Below, one piece after another: positions 18,007 to 28,051 of a stretch of DNA of 64,000 nt. Numbering within the stretch: the first letter of the stretch is position 1; every line of letters begins with the position of its first letter. Source of the stretch: Patescibacteria group bacterium (GTDB lineage: Bacteria; Patescibacteriota; Microgenomatia; UBA10105; UBA927); NCBI GenBank assembly GCA_023379025.1, contig JAMCTH010000009.1, positions 133,092 to 197,091 of the forward strand, given 5' to 3'. The notes below the pieces were generated by a model. That model was not told the origin of the DNA. It worked only from the letters and a program-made list of their open reading frames with translations, and did not search any database. Both the position numbers and the translations under genes were made by a program.

Positions 18007-19578
18007 ATGCGGCGATTGTATCTATTGACCGGAGCCATCATTACCCTCCTGACACTTACCCTCTTGTCCCCTCGGGCATACGCTGCACCGCCGACGACAA
18101 CGACCACCTCATCCATCACCGGCACAACCAACGGGGTTGCCGGCGCGGGAACCAGCTGGGTGTATGCATCGGAATACCCCAACGCCATTGCTGAATGTCT
18201 AAAAAATAATGGAAATGGTGCGGCTGGAAATCTCTCCTGCTTTGTTACGGCATTTAACCATAATGACATGAAAAGCCTGACAACAGACATCGTCGCTATC
18301 CCCGGTATTGCATATAACATAAACGAGACAAATATTGCCTATATCCGCCGGATGCAGGACCAATCAGCGCTCGGCGGAGTAACCCGGATCATGGCCTCCA
18401 TGTATGGCACGCCACCCGCAAATCTTGCCTACTGGGCTGCAGATGCCGGACAAACGCTTGGCTTTATCCCTCACTCCGCCATGGCGCAGGGCATCGGCTT
18501 TACCGGGCTAAACCCGCTCCTGGGTGTCTGGAAGGGTTTCCGGAATATGGCCTACGCGCTTCTTGCTGTCGTCATGATCGTTATCGGATTCATGGTGATG
18601 TTCCGGAAAAAGATAGACCCCAAAACCGTCGTCACTGTTCAGAATTCCCTGCCGCGCATCATCGTCGTCCTTATTCTCATCACCTTCTCCTACGCGATTG
18701 TCGGGCTTCTGATAGATCTCATGTATGTGGTCATCGCGGCGGGGATCAAAATCCTTGACGCGAGCCTTCCCGGAGGGGCCACCGTCACGATATTCGGGCA
18801 ACAGGCGGACTTTTTAAACGGCGGTGTCCTTACGCTTCTCGGAAGCATCTTTGCCCCGCTTCTCAATACGAGCTCTCTTGCGCAGAATTTTGGGACCATG
18901 ACGTGGGTGCAGAATTTCTTTGGGGGGCTTCTTACCGCGGTACTCACCGGAGGCACGACGCTTGTGCTTGGGACACTCATAACACTCATTGTCTCAGTTG
19001 CCTATCTTTTTGGGTTTGTCCGAATCTTCTTTATGTTGCTTTCGGCCTATATTAATATAATTTTGGCGGTCATTATCGGCCCGATTCAAATTCTTTTTGA
19101 TGCCCTTCCGGGAGGAACGGGCTTTTCATCCTGGTTTAAAAATCTGTTTCTCAATCTTATTCCATTCCCGATTACCATCTTTATGCTTATTCTCGGATTT
19201 TCCCTAAGCAGCACGCTGGGAACAAATCAACTCTGGCAGCCGCCGCTTCTCCCCCAAGCGATCAATATCGGACCTGTCCAGACCGGCAACATCGCGTCAG
19301 GGCTCGCAACCACACTTTTGTGGCTCGGAATTGTCCTCACTATTCCAACGATTGTGAATAGCATCAAAGAAGCAATGAAGACCAAGGCCGCGGTTCCAGC
19401 CGGTTTTGGCGCCGTCCTTGGTCCTATTGGAGCAGGAGCGGGTCAAATTATCCAACTAGGATATCAGGGGGGAATAATCAAAGGTGCATTTTTCGGCCAC
19501 GACCAGAAAAAATATGGACCAGGCACAGATACAATGGGAAGGGCAACTACTGGCCAATCGACAGGTATTAGTACATAG
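18007..19578 (+). CDS. VirB6/TrbL-like polytopic membrane protein of type IV secretion system
   Basis: Signal peptide plus Thr-rich linker, ~170-aa extracytoplasmic domain, then >=6 predicted TM helices; position immediately after pilin gene array. Confidence 0.5.
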   Translation: MRRLYLLTGAIITLLTLTLLSPRAYAAPPTTTTTSSITGTTNGVAGAGTSWVYASEYPNAIAECLKNNGNGAAGNLSCFVTAFNHNDMKSLTTDIVAIPGIAYNINETNIAYIRRMQDQSALGGVTRIMASMYGTPPANLAYWAADAGQTLGFIPHSAMAQGIGFTGLNPLLGVWKGFRNMAYALLAVVMIVIGFMVMFRKKIDPKTVVTVQNSLPRIIVVLILITFSYAIVGLLIDLMYVVIAAGIKILDASLPGGATVTIFGQQADFLNGGVLTLLGSIFAPLLNTSSLAQNFGTMTWVQNFFGGLLTAVLTGGTTLVLGTLITLIVSVAYLFGFVRIFFMLLSAYINIILAVIIGPIQILFDALPGGTGFSSWFKNLFLNLIPFPITIFMLILGFSLSSTLGTNQLWQPPLLPQAINIGPVQTGNIASGLATTLLWLGIVLTIPTIVNSIKEAMKTKAAVPAGFGAVLGPIGAGAGQIIQLGYQGGIIKGAFFGHDQKKYGPGTDTMGRATTGQSTGIST

Positions 19579-19612
19579 TTGCCTCATTACCTCTCCATCG
19601 TCAACCATTTTT

Positions 19613-22600
19613 CTAGTGCCTACTGCTTTTTTGTTCCTCCTGAATGGATTCATTCGTTGCTACCGCTAGCGTAGCAACGGGTATAACCCACCAATACTTA
19701 CGGAATATCCCCCACGACATACGCCAGCCTAACGTCGCTTTAAAATCTCTCCTCAATTTATTGATGTATTTGATATCAGTAAAGACACCGACCCGTTGAA
19801 TTTCATTCAACACCTCACCAATTGTGTGCTCATCCCACTTGTTGCCCTCCGGACCGAGGTAGCGCACGGAAAGAGATACCGAAGAAGCTATGGATTCCGG
19901 CCATTCCTTTATCTTCCTACCCAACTTATTGTGTTCAAGAAAGTGTTTCCACCCCGGAAACCAACCAAGAACCGGCAAGTGTTCCGCTTCCATTTCACCG
20001 ATATTCTGCATAATTCCCTGAAGCCCAGGAACAAGTCCCAAAAGGCCACGCCATCCGTCCAAAAAAGGATTAAACATTCTGTTTCTATTCATCTCGATCC
20101 AGGTGTCTACGATATGATATAGGGCTTTTTCTGCATCAACCGAAGATGCATATGAGACAAACTGCTGCTTAAATTCATAGAACTTTTTGATGGTTTCCTT
20201 GGGATCTTTCGGCGACAGAAATTCCGGTTTATTGATGAGATCAAAAAATAAATCCCGTATCGCTGCCATATTGATCATATCGCGTCCGCGTCTGAGCATG
20301 ACGCTCGTACCGAGTTTAAAGAAATTTACCTCTTCCCAATCAAAATCAGCAACGGATAGGGTGATCGGAAATTTCGCATGCGCCCATGCTTCCATCGGTG
20401 TGAGATATTGATGATTCTTGGGATCACGATCAGTAGTTACATAACTGTGCACATCTTTCATGACATTTCTGAATGCTGCAATTTTATCTTCGGGTACTTT
20501 AAGCTGCGCCAGAAGCGGTTTTATATGTGCATCAAATCCTTCTTGACTCATAAGGTTCAAGTTTGGGTCTATCAGAAGGTCTCCTTTGCGAATCTTCTGC
20601 TCTGCTATCGAGAGAGCGCGTTGAAACGTGAGCCATTCGGGTGCGCCAAGAACATGGTTTTTTTCAAGTATGCCATCCATTACTTCACCCGAAAGAAGTT
20701 GCAAATATTTAGACGGTGTCCGTTTAAGCATACGATCAAGAACCTGCATACGCTCTGCATCGGTTTGGGCAATATAAAATTGAATACCGAGTGCTTGATT
20801 CTCCCAAGCCAGAGGGCTTCCGTGCTTGGCCATAATATGTTTTCTGATTTCATCGAACGTGCCTGCTTCAAAACGCCAGCCCGTCGCATCAAAGCTTCCT
20901 CCGCCGGCCAAAAAACCCGGTCCCAAAAGCTCGGTAAACGATACCCCCATTTCGCCCTCTGCAAACTCCATGATTTTGCGCATTCGCATCATTTCCGGAG
21001 AGTTACTGTAGGATTTTTCGTCATCCTTCCACGCTTGTGTTTTCGTTATTTTGAAGCCCCTCTCAAGAATTGCTTTTTCACGAAGCATCGCTCGGGCCTG
21101 CTCGCCCATGAGCCCGCCCATATTGAACCGGTGGGCAAAAAGCTCGGGGTTATAGATACGTACTATATCTTCCATAAACGGCGCCCACATAACGGATTTC
21201 CCCTCTATTCCGCTTTCCCGTAGCGTCCGGAACCGGTATTTTTCATGCATGGGCCGAATTGCCTGATAGGCCGATATTGCGGCGATGTGGCCGGAGCCTA
21301 TTTCAATCATCCGCGCCGCAAATATGGCATCTCGGATTTTCCATTCCTGATCCGCTATCTGTTGTCGCGTCATCCCTTGAGACAACATTTCTGCTACCAT
21401 ACGCTCGTGTACTTCGGCCTCTATTGGAGAATAACTTCTGTATACATCCAACGTACCTATTTTCTTTGCATCTGATGGCAATATCGTTTGTTTATCGGAT
21501 AGCCTGGTATAGAGTTCTTTTTTTTCAGTAATAAGCTCGGGGAGTCGTTTAAGAAGTTTTTGTTCGTCCCTATCCAAGGAAACACCTTTTTCCCGTTTCC
21601 CAATCAAATCATCATATTTCTGCTGAAGGGCAATCCACTGATTTCCTACCTCTGTGTAGACCAGAATGTCCTCATCATGAATTGTTACGCCACGCGCTAC
21701 AATCTCAGCTTGCGTTTTGATATTCTCCATGAGCAGTTTTCGTTCCGTAATTTCCTGCTGGGTAGTACCGAGTTGGTTTAAGGAATCCCGACGGCGCATT
21801 TCCATGTAATATTCATCCATGGTAATTTTTTTCGTCGGGTTTGTTTCCCAATACGGCTGAACTTCTTTTGCAAGATACTCAACCGCCTGGTGGTAACGAC
21901 TCATCTTATTTGCGACCATATCGCCGAGCGCGGTATCGTAGTGGGACATTGCCATATTTGCAAGCGGAACTTTGCCCCAGAAATCGAGATCCGCTCCAAG
22001 CATACGCTGAAGCGCTCCGACTTTATCTTTCACATCTCCAGGGTCATATGCTAATGCTTTCAGCAGATACTCGTGTCTGCCGCGATCCTTCCAAAGGTAT
22101 TCATACGGCTGTAACCTAATTGTGCCGATCCTATCACCATATTTCATCTTCATGAATCTTTTAAACGCTTCAAATTTGTACATATCGGGAAGTTCGGGGC
22201 GCTGGCTAGTTCTACCTACTCCGTAGATATCAAAAATAAACTCAGAAAACCATTTTGCCTCTCCTTCTTCGCCTGTCAATATTAATTGCTTTTCATCACT
22301 AGTAAATCCAGTTAGGGGTAACACGGTTATTTCCTGATCCCTATTCTGTAAATCAGGGGGTAAGGTTTGTCTTGCTTCTTCCCACGTAACGTTTATCTCT
22401 CCCATCCGTCCGCGGCCTTTTGCCAATTCTTCCTGATGTAGCTGTGCTAAAGTTACCTGTCGTTGGCGTAATCTCAAAATATACGGTTTTGCTTCACTTG
22501 AACGACGCAGACGAACGGAGTCTCGGGCGAGACGTTCAGCTTCTTCGCCAAGAACTTTCGGGTCATTTATCAAGGTAGGATCTGTATCAAATAATGTTTG

Positions 22601-23305
22601 AACGTTTTCAAGACGAACCCGCAAAGGAGAGCCTCGTCCGGGCGCACCTGGTGCTGAAGCGTCAAAAAATGTAAACCGAGTGCCTCCGCGAGGCGGACGG
22701 ACCCGTTGGCCAACTGCGGTATATCCGAGGTCGAGCGCCGCCTGATCTGGATCTGTAATTCCATAAACTGGAGCGTTGTTTTCATTAATCACATGAGTAA
22801 ATACCGCATGTTGTGCTTCCTGAACAATTGGTCTGACGTCTTCAGGAAGATCGTAAACGCGTTTCAAGACACCATTGGAATCGCTAAAAACTTTCTGTGC
22901 TGCTTGCCATTGGTCCGGCGTTGCTGTTTGGTTGTCAAATATTCTTCGGAGCTCCACAAGCTTTTGTTGGATCCCCACCTGATCTCCGCCCTTTGTATGT
23001 TTTGCCTGCTCGGCAAGCAAATCGAGCTTCTGGGTAAGCGAAAGGTCTGTATACGCCCGGCCGAACGCGCGCCTGGACGCGCCATCGAGAATTTCTATAA
23101 ATGGAACGGTTCGTTCGACAGCGAGATCAGGAGCTTTCCTTTCCCTGCCCTCAATCACTGAGGCGGCAGCCGCACGGATCCTTACTGCGACCTGTTCAGC
23201 AGTGTGTTCTTGCTGTAAGACGTGTTTCGGATGCCGTGTTTCACCATTCTTCCGGACAACCCTTTCTATCGCTCCTTTTATCCCGCCGAACTCTACTGCA
23301 CTCAT
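19613..23305 (-). CDS. giant (1230 aa) protein of unknown function, C-terminal TM anchor, no recognisable catalytic motifs
   Basis: Single uninterrupted ORF; highly charged, helix-rich composition; C-terminal hydrophobic segment YWWVIPVATLAVA; no N-terminal signal peptide; no Walker, relaxase or nuclease motifs spotted by eye. Confidence 0.6.
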   Translation of the reverse strand: MSAVEFGGIKGAIERVVRKNGETRHPKHVLQQEHTAEQVAVRIRAAAASVIEGRERKAPDLAVERTVPFIEILDGASRRAFGRAYTDLSLTQKLDLLAEQAKHTKGGDQVGIQQKLVELRRIFDNQTATPDQWQAAQKVFSDSNGVLKRVYDLPEDVRPIVQEAQHAVFTHVINENNAPVYGITDPDQAALDLGYTAVGQRVRPPRGGTRFTFFDASAPGAPGRGSPLRVRLENVQTLFDTDPTLINDPKVLGEEAERLARDSVRLRRSSEAKPYILRLRQRQVTLAQLHQEELAKGRGRMGEINVTWEEARQTLPPDLQNRDQEITVLPLTGFTSDEKQLILTGEEGEAKWFSEFIFDIYGVGRTSQRPELPDMYKFEAFKRFMKMKYGDRIGTIRLQPYEYLWKDRGRHEYLLKALAYDPGDVKDKVGALQRMLGADLDFWGKVPLANMAMSHYDTALGDMVANKMSRYHQAVEYLAKEVQPYWETNPTKKITMDEYYMEMRRRDSLNQLGTTQQEITERKLLMENIKTQAEIVARGVTIHDEDILVYTEVGNQWIALQQKYDDLIGKREKGVSLDRDEQKLLKRLPELITEKKELYTRLSDKQTILPSDAKKIGTLDVYRSYSPIEAEVHERMVAEMLSQGMTRQQIADQEWKIRDAIFAARMIEIGSGHIAAISAYQAIRPMHEKYRFRTLRESGIEGKSVMWAPFMEDIVRIYNPELFAHRFNMGGLMGEQARAMLREKAILERGFKITKTQAWKDDEKSYSNSPEMMRMRKIMEFAEGEMGVSFTELLGPGFLAGGGSFDATGWRFEAGTFDEIRKHIMAKHGSPLAWENQALGIQFYIAQTDAERMQVLDRMLKRTPSKYLQLLSGEVMDGILEKNHVLGAPEWLTFQRALSIAEQKIRKGDLLIDPNLNLMSQEGFDAHIKPLLAQLKVPEDKIAAFRNVMKDVHSYVTTDRDPKNHQYLTPMEAWAHAKFPITLSVADFDWEEVNFFKLGTSVMLRRGRDMINMAAIRDLFFDLINKPEFLSPKDPKETIKKFYEFKQQFVSYASSVDAEKALYHIVDTWIEMNRNRMFNPFLDGWRGLLGLVPGLQGIMQNIGEMEAEHLPVLGWFPGWKHFLEHNKLGRKIKEWPESIASSVSLSVRYLGPEGNKWDEHTIGEVLNEIQRVGVFTDIKYINKLRRDFKATLGWRMSWGIFRKYWWVIPVATLAVATNESIQEEQKSSRH

Positions 23306-23386
23306 ATAGCCCTTTCTTTACCTCTATTGTATAGTGTCATGACATAGGGAGCAATATAACGGGTTCGCGCCACCGGAAAACATAGA

Positions 23387-23722
23387 TCACCCCGTTTCAC
23401 CCGGCTTGAAACCGACAAACCAGAATCGAGGATCAACAAAGGACTGAATATCCAACACGCGGGTGTGTTGCTTCGGTATCTGACAGACTTTGATCGCTGC
23501 CTCAGCATCATTGGTTCCGGACTCACTGAGGGACCCATACGGAAGAAGGAGGGGAAAAACATGTGCGGGTCCGAGCGCCCGAACCGCAAGAAACAGGCCT
23601 GTTGCAGAGTCTACGCCGCCTGATACCGCTATTACGGCATCGGTAAAGCCCGTCCTCCGAAACGTCTGCCTCATGAAAAGCGTAAGCGTTTGAGCCGGCT
23701 TCCCGGGATCTATCGCATTCAT
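23387..23722 (-). pseudogene. nadE: NAD+ synthetase (nadE) 5' fragment - only the first ~110 codons incl. PP-loop are present
   Basis: AVSGGVDSATGLFLAVRAL...LPYG matches NadE N-terminus (SGGxDS PP-loop); ORF stops after 111 aa and no NadE-like continuation exists in any frame before the next gene (19613..23305). Confidence 0.5.
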
Positions 23723-24276
23723 TGATACAAACGGTGAGACCTCATGTAGTCGGCTACCGCCTCCGGAACAAATTCGGCAACAGAAAGGCCCGCCTTGATC
23801 CGTTCCCGGATTTTAGTCGCGGAAATGTCCGTCACGATAAGGTTTGGGTGGGACACCACCGTCATATTCGGACAGAGCGGTTCGTTTGGGTACCCGTTTC
23901 TCGGAAAGACATAAAACGGCAACTTCCGCAGGAGCTCCTCCCAATTGCCCCATAGGTGAAATGAGGGAAGCCAGTCTGAACCGATGATAAACGTATACGA
24001 GTGTTCTTTCGGAAGAAACGGCAGAAGGTTGATGGTGTTTCCGTCAAGCATATGGTCTATCTCAAGCGTCGAGACCCGCGTTCCGAGAGACTCGATGAGC
24101 TTCACCATCGCAAGCCGGTCGCCGACCGATGCAAGATCCGGCTTTGGCGGATCCTGTCCGTAATTCGGCAGAAACCAGACTTCATCCGTATCCGTAAAAT
24201 CCAACACCTGCCGGGCGATCATTATGTGCCCGAGATGCGGCGGATTAAATGCGCCGCCAAACAATGCGATGTGCAT
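23719..24276 (-). CDS. nadD: nicotinate-nucleotide adenylyltransferase
   Basis: GGAFNPPHLGH (H/TxGH) motif, ISATKIR near C-terminus, 185 aa. Confidence 0.85.
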   Translation of the reverse strand: MHIALFGGAFNPPHLGHIMIARQVLDFTDTDEVWFLPNYGQDPPKPDLASVGDRLAMVKLIESLGTRVSTLEIDHMLDGNTINLLPFLPKEHSYTFIIGSDWLPSFHLWGNWEELLRKLPFYVFPRNGYPNEPLCPNMTVVSHPNLIVTDISATKIRERIKAGLSVAEFVPEAVADYMRSHRLYQ

Positions 24277-24289
24277 AATGGTTTTTGGG

Positions 24290-26473
24290 TTATTTTGCTA
24301 CTTTTTTGGTATAGCGCTCCCGTGAAGCGCGGATTACCTTTTCCCTGTTTTGGTTTTTACTCCTCGGGAGAGGCAGGGTTGTTGCCAGAAACGGAGCTGA
24401 CGTGTGATTGTCGATGGAGAGCTTAAGAGCTATCTGGAAGTTCCCAAGATTAACCAACTCTTCCTCCTTATAAATCCCGCCGAATTCGGCTGATACGATC
24501 CTGGCGTCCAGAGCTCCGATCCCGAATGATGCGAGCGACCCGACGTTCCCGAAAATTGCCTTCTGTATATCTTCATCTATTTGTCCGATATATTGATTGG
24601 CGAGTGTTAAATTCAGGTGGTATTTCCGTGCTTCGGAAAGAATTTTGATAAACGATGATGTCGCAAACGTCTGAAACTCGTCAACATAAAGATAAAAGTC
24701 GCGCCGGTCCTCCTCTTTCATATGCACCCGGTTCATTGCGGCAAGCTGCATTTTGGTGATAATCATGGATCCCAAAAGGGCGCTGTTGTCTTCCCCGAGC
24801 TTTCCGACGGCGAGGTTGACGAGCACGATTTTTCCCTGGTTCATCATGGCTTCAAGGTCGATCGTGGAAGCCGGGTATCCCACCACCTGGCGGACCGTCT
24901 GAGCCGAAAGGAACTGTCCCACCTTGTTGAGGATGGGAGAAATGGATTCGCTGCGGAGCTGCGGTGAGAGTTTGTTGAACTCGTTTACCCAATAATTCTT
25001 AAGCACCTGGTCCGAAAGTTTTTCAATAGCCTTTGCACGAAATTTCTCATCCGTAAGAAGTTCCGGTACCTGAAGAAGGGTCGTATCAGGAAGGTAGAGA
25101 AGGGTCAGGAGCGTATTCCGCAGAATATACTCAAGGCGCGGCCCCCAGCTGAACTGGTACAGCTTATGGAATATCGATACAATTCCCGATGCGGCGAGGT
25201 CGCGAAGGGATGAATCGTGGAGCTCAAGAGGATTGAGGTGAAAAGGAAACGCAGTGTCATAGGGATCCAGATATGCCACATCGTTAATACGGAATGATGG
25301 CACATAATCAAGAAGAATTTCACAGAGATCTCCATGTGGATCAATAACGGCAACTCCCTCTCCATTTCGCATGTCATTGATCGCCATATTGGCAATCATG
25401 GTGGATTTTCCCGCCCCCGTTTTCCCGATAAGATACAGGTGTTTCCTCCTGTCCTCTTTTTTGATCCCGAATGTCGCGGTCTTGTTTTTAAACTCCGTCC
25501 TGGCAAAAAAATTGGTGTGCTTTTTGGCCTCTTCATCATCGGTTGCAATAGGCAGGTTTTCCGGAGCATCGCTTGCGGTTTTGGAACCCCAGGAAATATT
25601 TTTGATCATGGACAGCGTCAGCCCCGGAGGATGCCAGAGGGATGCGAGCTCGCTTGACCCCAACACCTGGTTGCGCGGCACAAGACGACCGCTTCGATCC
25701 ATAAATGCCTGTTCCAGTTGCTTTTTCTGCCAAAATGCCGGCTCCACAAGCGATAAGCTATTGCCCTCGCCAAGCGTGTACACACCGTAGGCGCCGCTCA
25801 TCGTATGAAGGAGGGTTTGCGCCTCACGTGTGTCCGATGCCACCGCCACAAGACGCACCCCGCACACAAACCCTGCCTGGTTTATTTTGGTTTCGATCAG
25901 ATTTGCCTGCGGGTGGCTCTTGGTTTTTCCCGTTGGGGAAGAAGGGTCGGGAACGCCGGCGGCTATCACGCCCGACGCTTTTCGTTGCCACCCGGAACCC
26001 GCCGGCCTGATCCAAAGTTGTACAGCCAACGCCTGCCCCCCGGGAAGCGCGGCCATTTGACCCAAAACACTGGCCAACAGGTCTGTGTCACGGACGTCTT
26101 TGTATGTTTTCAGGGGATAATAAAACGGGCTATCAAGTATAAGTTGGGCGGCAACATGAGGAAGGGATAAAAAATGCGGAGCATAATCAGGCGCCGGTGA
26201 AAGCAGAAGTTTCGGGTATTGCGCGGTCAGCTGGCTTTCAACATAGGTTTCTGCCCCGGCGGGCATCGCAACAAAAAAATGAATACCGGCGTTGACAGAC
26301 ACTATTTCAAAGGTAAAAAACCCGGCAGCCGTGGTACGGCCAAAGAACGCGGAGAGCAGGTGCCGCTTTCCTCCCGGCGCGCCAAGCGCCGCAAACACCT
26401 GTTCCATGACCACCGGTGTTTCTTCACTGCTTTTGCTGTTTTTCCCCTCAAGGAGCACAATCCCTTGTTCCAT
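24290..26473 (-). CDS. VirD4/TraG/TraD-family (FtsK/HerA-superfamily) ATPase, apparently soluble (no N-terminal TM helices), with unique ~300-aa N-terminal domain
   Basis: Walker A LIGKTGAGKST, AVIDPHGD, Walker B FYLYVDEFQ, and HLNLTLANQYIGQ typical of T4SS coupling proteins / DUF87 ATPases. Confidence 0.6.
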   Translation of the reverse strand: MEQGIVLLEGKNSKSSEETPVVMEQVFAALGAPGGKRHLLSAFFGRTTAAGFFTFEIVSVNAGIHFFVAMPAGAETYVESQLTAQYPKLLLSPAPDYAPHFLSLPHVAAQLILDSPFYYPLKTYKDVRDTDLLASVLGQMAALPGGQALAVQLWIRPAGSGWQRKASGVIAAGVPDPSSPTGKTKSHPQANLIETKINQAGFVCGVRLVAVASDTREAQTLLHTMSGAYGVYTLGEGNSLSLVEPAFWQKKQLEQAFMDRSGRLVPRNQVLGSSELASLWHPPGLTLSMIKNISWGSKTASDAPENLPIATDDEEAKKHTNFFARTEFKNKTATFGIKKEDRRKHLYLIGKTGAGKSTMIANMAINDMRNGEGVAVIDPHGDLCEILLDYVPSFRINDVAYLDPYDTAFPFHLNPLELHDSSLRDLAASGIVSIFHKLYQFSWGPRLEYILRNTLLTLLYLPDTTLLQVPELLTDEKFRAKAIEKLSDQVLKNYWVNEFNKLSPQLRSESISPILNKVGQFLSAQTVRQVVGYPASTIDLEAMMNQGKIVLVNLAVGKLGEDNSALLGSMIITKMQLAAMNRVHMKEEDRRDFYLYVDEFQTFATSSFIKILSEARKYHLNLTLANQYIGQIDEDIQKAIFGNVGSLASFGIGALDARIVSAEFGGIYKEEELVNLGNFQIALKLSIDNHTSAPFLATTLPLPRSKNQNREKVIRASRERYTKKVAK

Positions 26474-26574
26474 GGCTTAATAATACCATACGGAACGCCG
26501 CCCGCCACACACCCGGAGGAGTCCCGTGAAAACCTAAAAATAGAGTTTTCACAGTCCTGATGCGCTTCGTTATA

Positions 26575-26604
26575 GTTGCGAAGGTTGCCGCAACCTTTTA
26601 GAAT
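26575..26604 (+). promoter_or_regulatory. sigma70-like promoter TTGCGA-18-TAGAAT with a perfect 17-nt palindrome (AAGGTTGC-C-GCAACCTT) filling the spacer; candidate repressor operator for the PrgI-VirB4-hydrolase operon
   Basis: Direct reading of 26575-26604; a second 8-bp inverted repeat GTGAAAAC...GTTTTCAC lies at 26526-26552 in the same divergent intergenic region. Confidence 0.35.
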
Positions 26605-26632
26605 GAGAGTGGGTTTAACCGGCAAAATAATC

Positions 26633-28051
26633 ATGGAACAACATCCTGTACCGCAAAATGTCACAACGTTTCAGTTCCGCCTGATCGGTGACATGACAAT
26701 CAAACAATTCGGGTACCTCGCCGGGGGCGTGATCCTTGCGTATCTCTGTTACAAGCTTCCGCTTCCGTTCTTTTTTACCTGGCCGCTGACGCTCCTTACG
26801 GGTCTTGGAGGGTTTGGCCTTGCATTTGTCCCCATTGAAGAACGGCCCATGGACGTGTGGATCATGTCGTTTTTCAAAAACGTCTACAGCCCGACCCAGT
26901 ACGTGTGGCAAAAAACTAAACAGCCGGAACTGCATGCCGCATCCTCCGTGTCTGCTCCGGATCAAAAACCGGGGGGTGCGCAAGACCTGCGCGGCGGACC
27001 TCCCGGTGCTCCGGCAGCGCTCTCCCAAACACCACACAAGCAGGGTGCCTCGTTGGCTGCCCTGGTGCGGGCAGCGCTTTTTCCGGCCGGCACCATCGCA
27101 CATTCAGACACCACGGCGGCTCACCGACCGGCTCTTTCGGCGAACACCCCGCCGGCCGCAACAACCCACATAAAAACACCGCCGCTGCTTCTCCATCGTT
27201 TTTCCTATGGCATCGGCGCCGTCATCGCCCGGATCAAACGGCTTTTTGCAGCGCCCGCCGTATCCCCGAAGACTACACCGCAGTATGCGTTTTCAGATGT
27301 CTTTGCATCGCTCCATGCCGGGCCAAAAACTTCCCCGCACAAAGCACAGCCTTCCCGCCCGCCCGCCATCCTTGAAACGCTCAGGCCGGAAACGCCGTCG
27401 TTCCCCATTCCGTTCACCCCGATCCCAACAATTCCGCACACGCCGCAACCCCTGGCAACCGACACAGGCATCCAGACGCCGGCGCCTTCAAACACCCGAA
27501 CCGAACCCCAACCCCCAAACCCTCAAAGCCGTCTGACGGTCTCTCCCGTTGAAAAAGAGCGTATGGAGCAGCAGTTGCATGAGCTGAACAGACACGCCTC
27601 AGCCGCACCCTCCGCGACGTACATGACGCCGTCCGCGCCGGGAAAATCATCAAACACGGTGCGCGTCATAGCACCGGAAGGAACGATCAGGGCCGGTATC
27701 CCCAGGCTCACCACGGTCCCGAATGTTGTAACCGGCATTATAAAAAACGAAACGGGAGACCTGCTGCCCGGGATACTCATCACCGTACGGGACTTTGAAG
27801 GTGTGCCGCTCCGGGCGCTCAAGTCAAATAAGCTCGGACAGTTCGCCGCATCAACCCCGCTTCAAAACGGCACCTATGTGATTGAGGTGGAAGACCCGAG
27901 GGGAAAACACCACTTTGACCGGGCGCAGATTACGCTCGCAGGAAACCAGGCTCCCGCTCTTGAAATCAGTGCAAAAACCGAAAAACAGCTCAACCGGGAA
28001 CGGCTGGAACGGGAAATTTTCGGCCGCACACCCGGCGCGCCCCACACATGA
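26633..28051 (+). CDS. PrgI/VirB3-like small-membrane-domain protein extended by a Pro-rich linker and a C-terminal carboxypeptidase-regulatory-like (beta-sandwich) domain; start set at MEQHPVPQ
   Basis: N-terminal TTFQFRLIGDMTIKQFGYLAGGVILAYL + second TM helix matches PrgI-family (VirB3-like) layout directly upstream of VirB4; long P/A/T-rich low-complexity region; C-terminal GTYVIEVEDPRGKHHFD. Confidence 0.45.
   Translation: MEQHPVPQNVTTFQFRLIGDMTIKQFGYLAGGVILAYLCYKLPLPFFFTWPLTLLTGLGGFGLAFVPIEERPMDVWIMSFFKNVYSPTQYVWQKTKQPELHAASSVSAPDQKPGGAQDLRGGPPGAPAALSQTPHKQGASLAALVRAALFPAGTIAHSDTTAAHRPALSANTPPAATTHIKTPPLLLHRFSYGIGAVIARIKRLFAAPAVSPKTTPQYAFSDVFASLHAGPKTSPHKAQPSRPPAILETLRPETPSFPIPFTPIPTIPHTPQPLATDTGIQTPAPSNTRTEPQPPNPQSRLTVSPVEKERMEQQLHELNRHASAAPSATYMTPSAPGKSSNTVRVIAPEGTIRAGIPRLTTVPNVVTGIIKNETGDLLPGILITVRDFEGVPLRALKSNKLGQFAASTPLQNGTYVIEVEDPRGKHHFDRAQITLAGNQAPALEISAKTEKQLNRERLEREIFGRTPGAPHT

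Noticed and set aside
20378-21223. 281-aa plus-strand ORF (and neighbours 19796-20122, 21245-21531, 22706-23161)
   Set aside because: All lie antisense inside the 1230-aa gene and have Cys/Phe/His-rich translations with no motifs; shadow ORFs.
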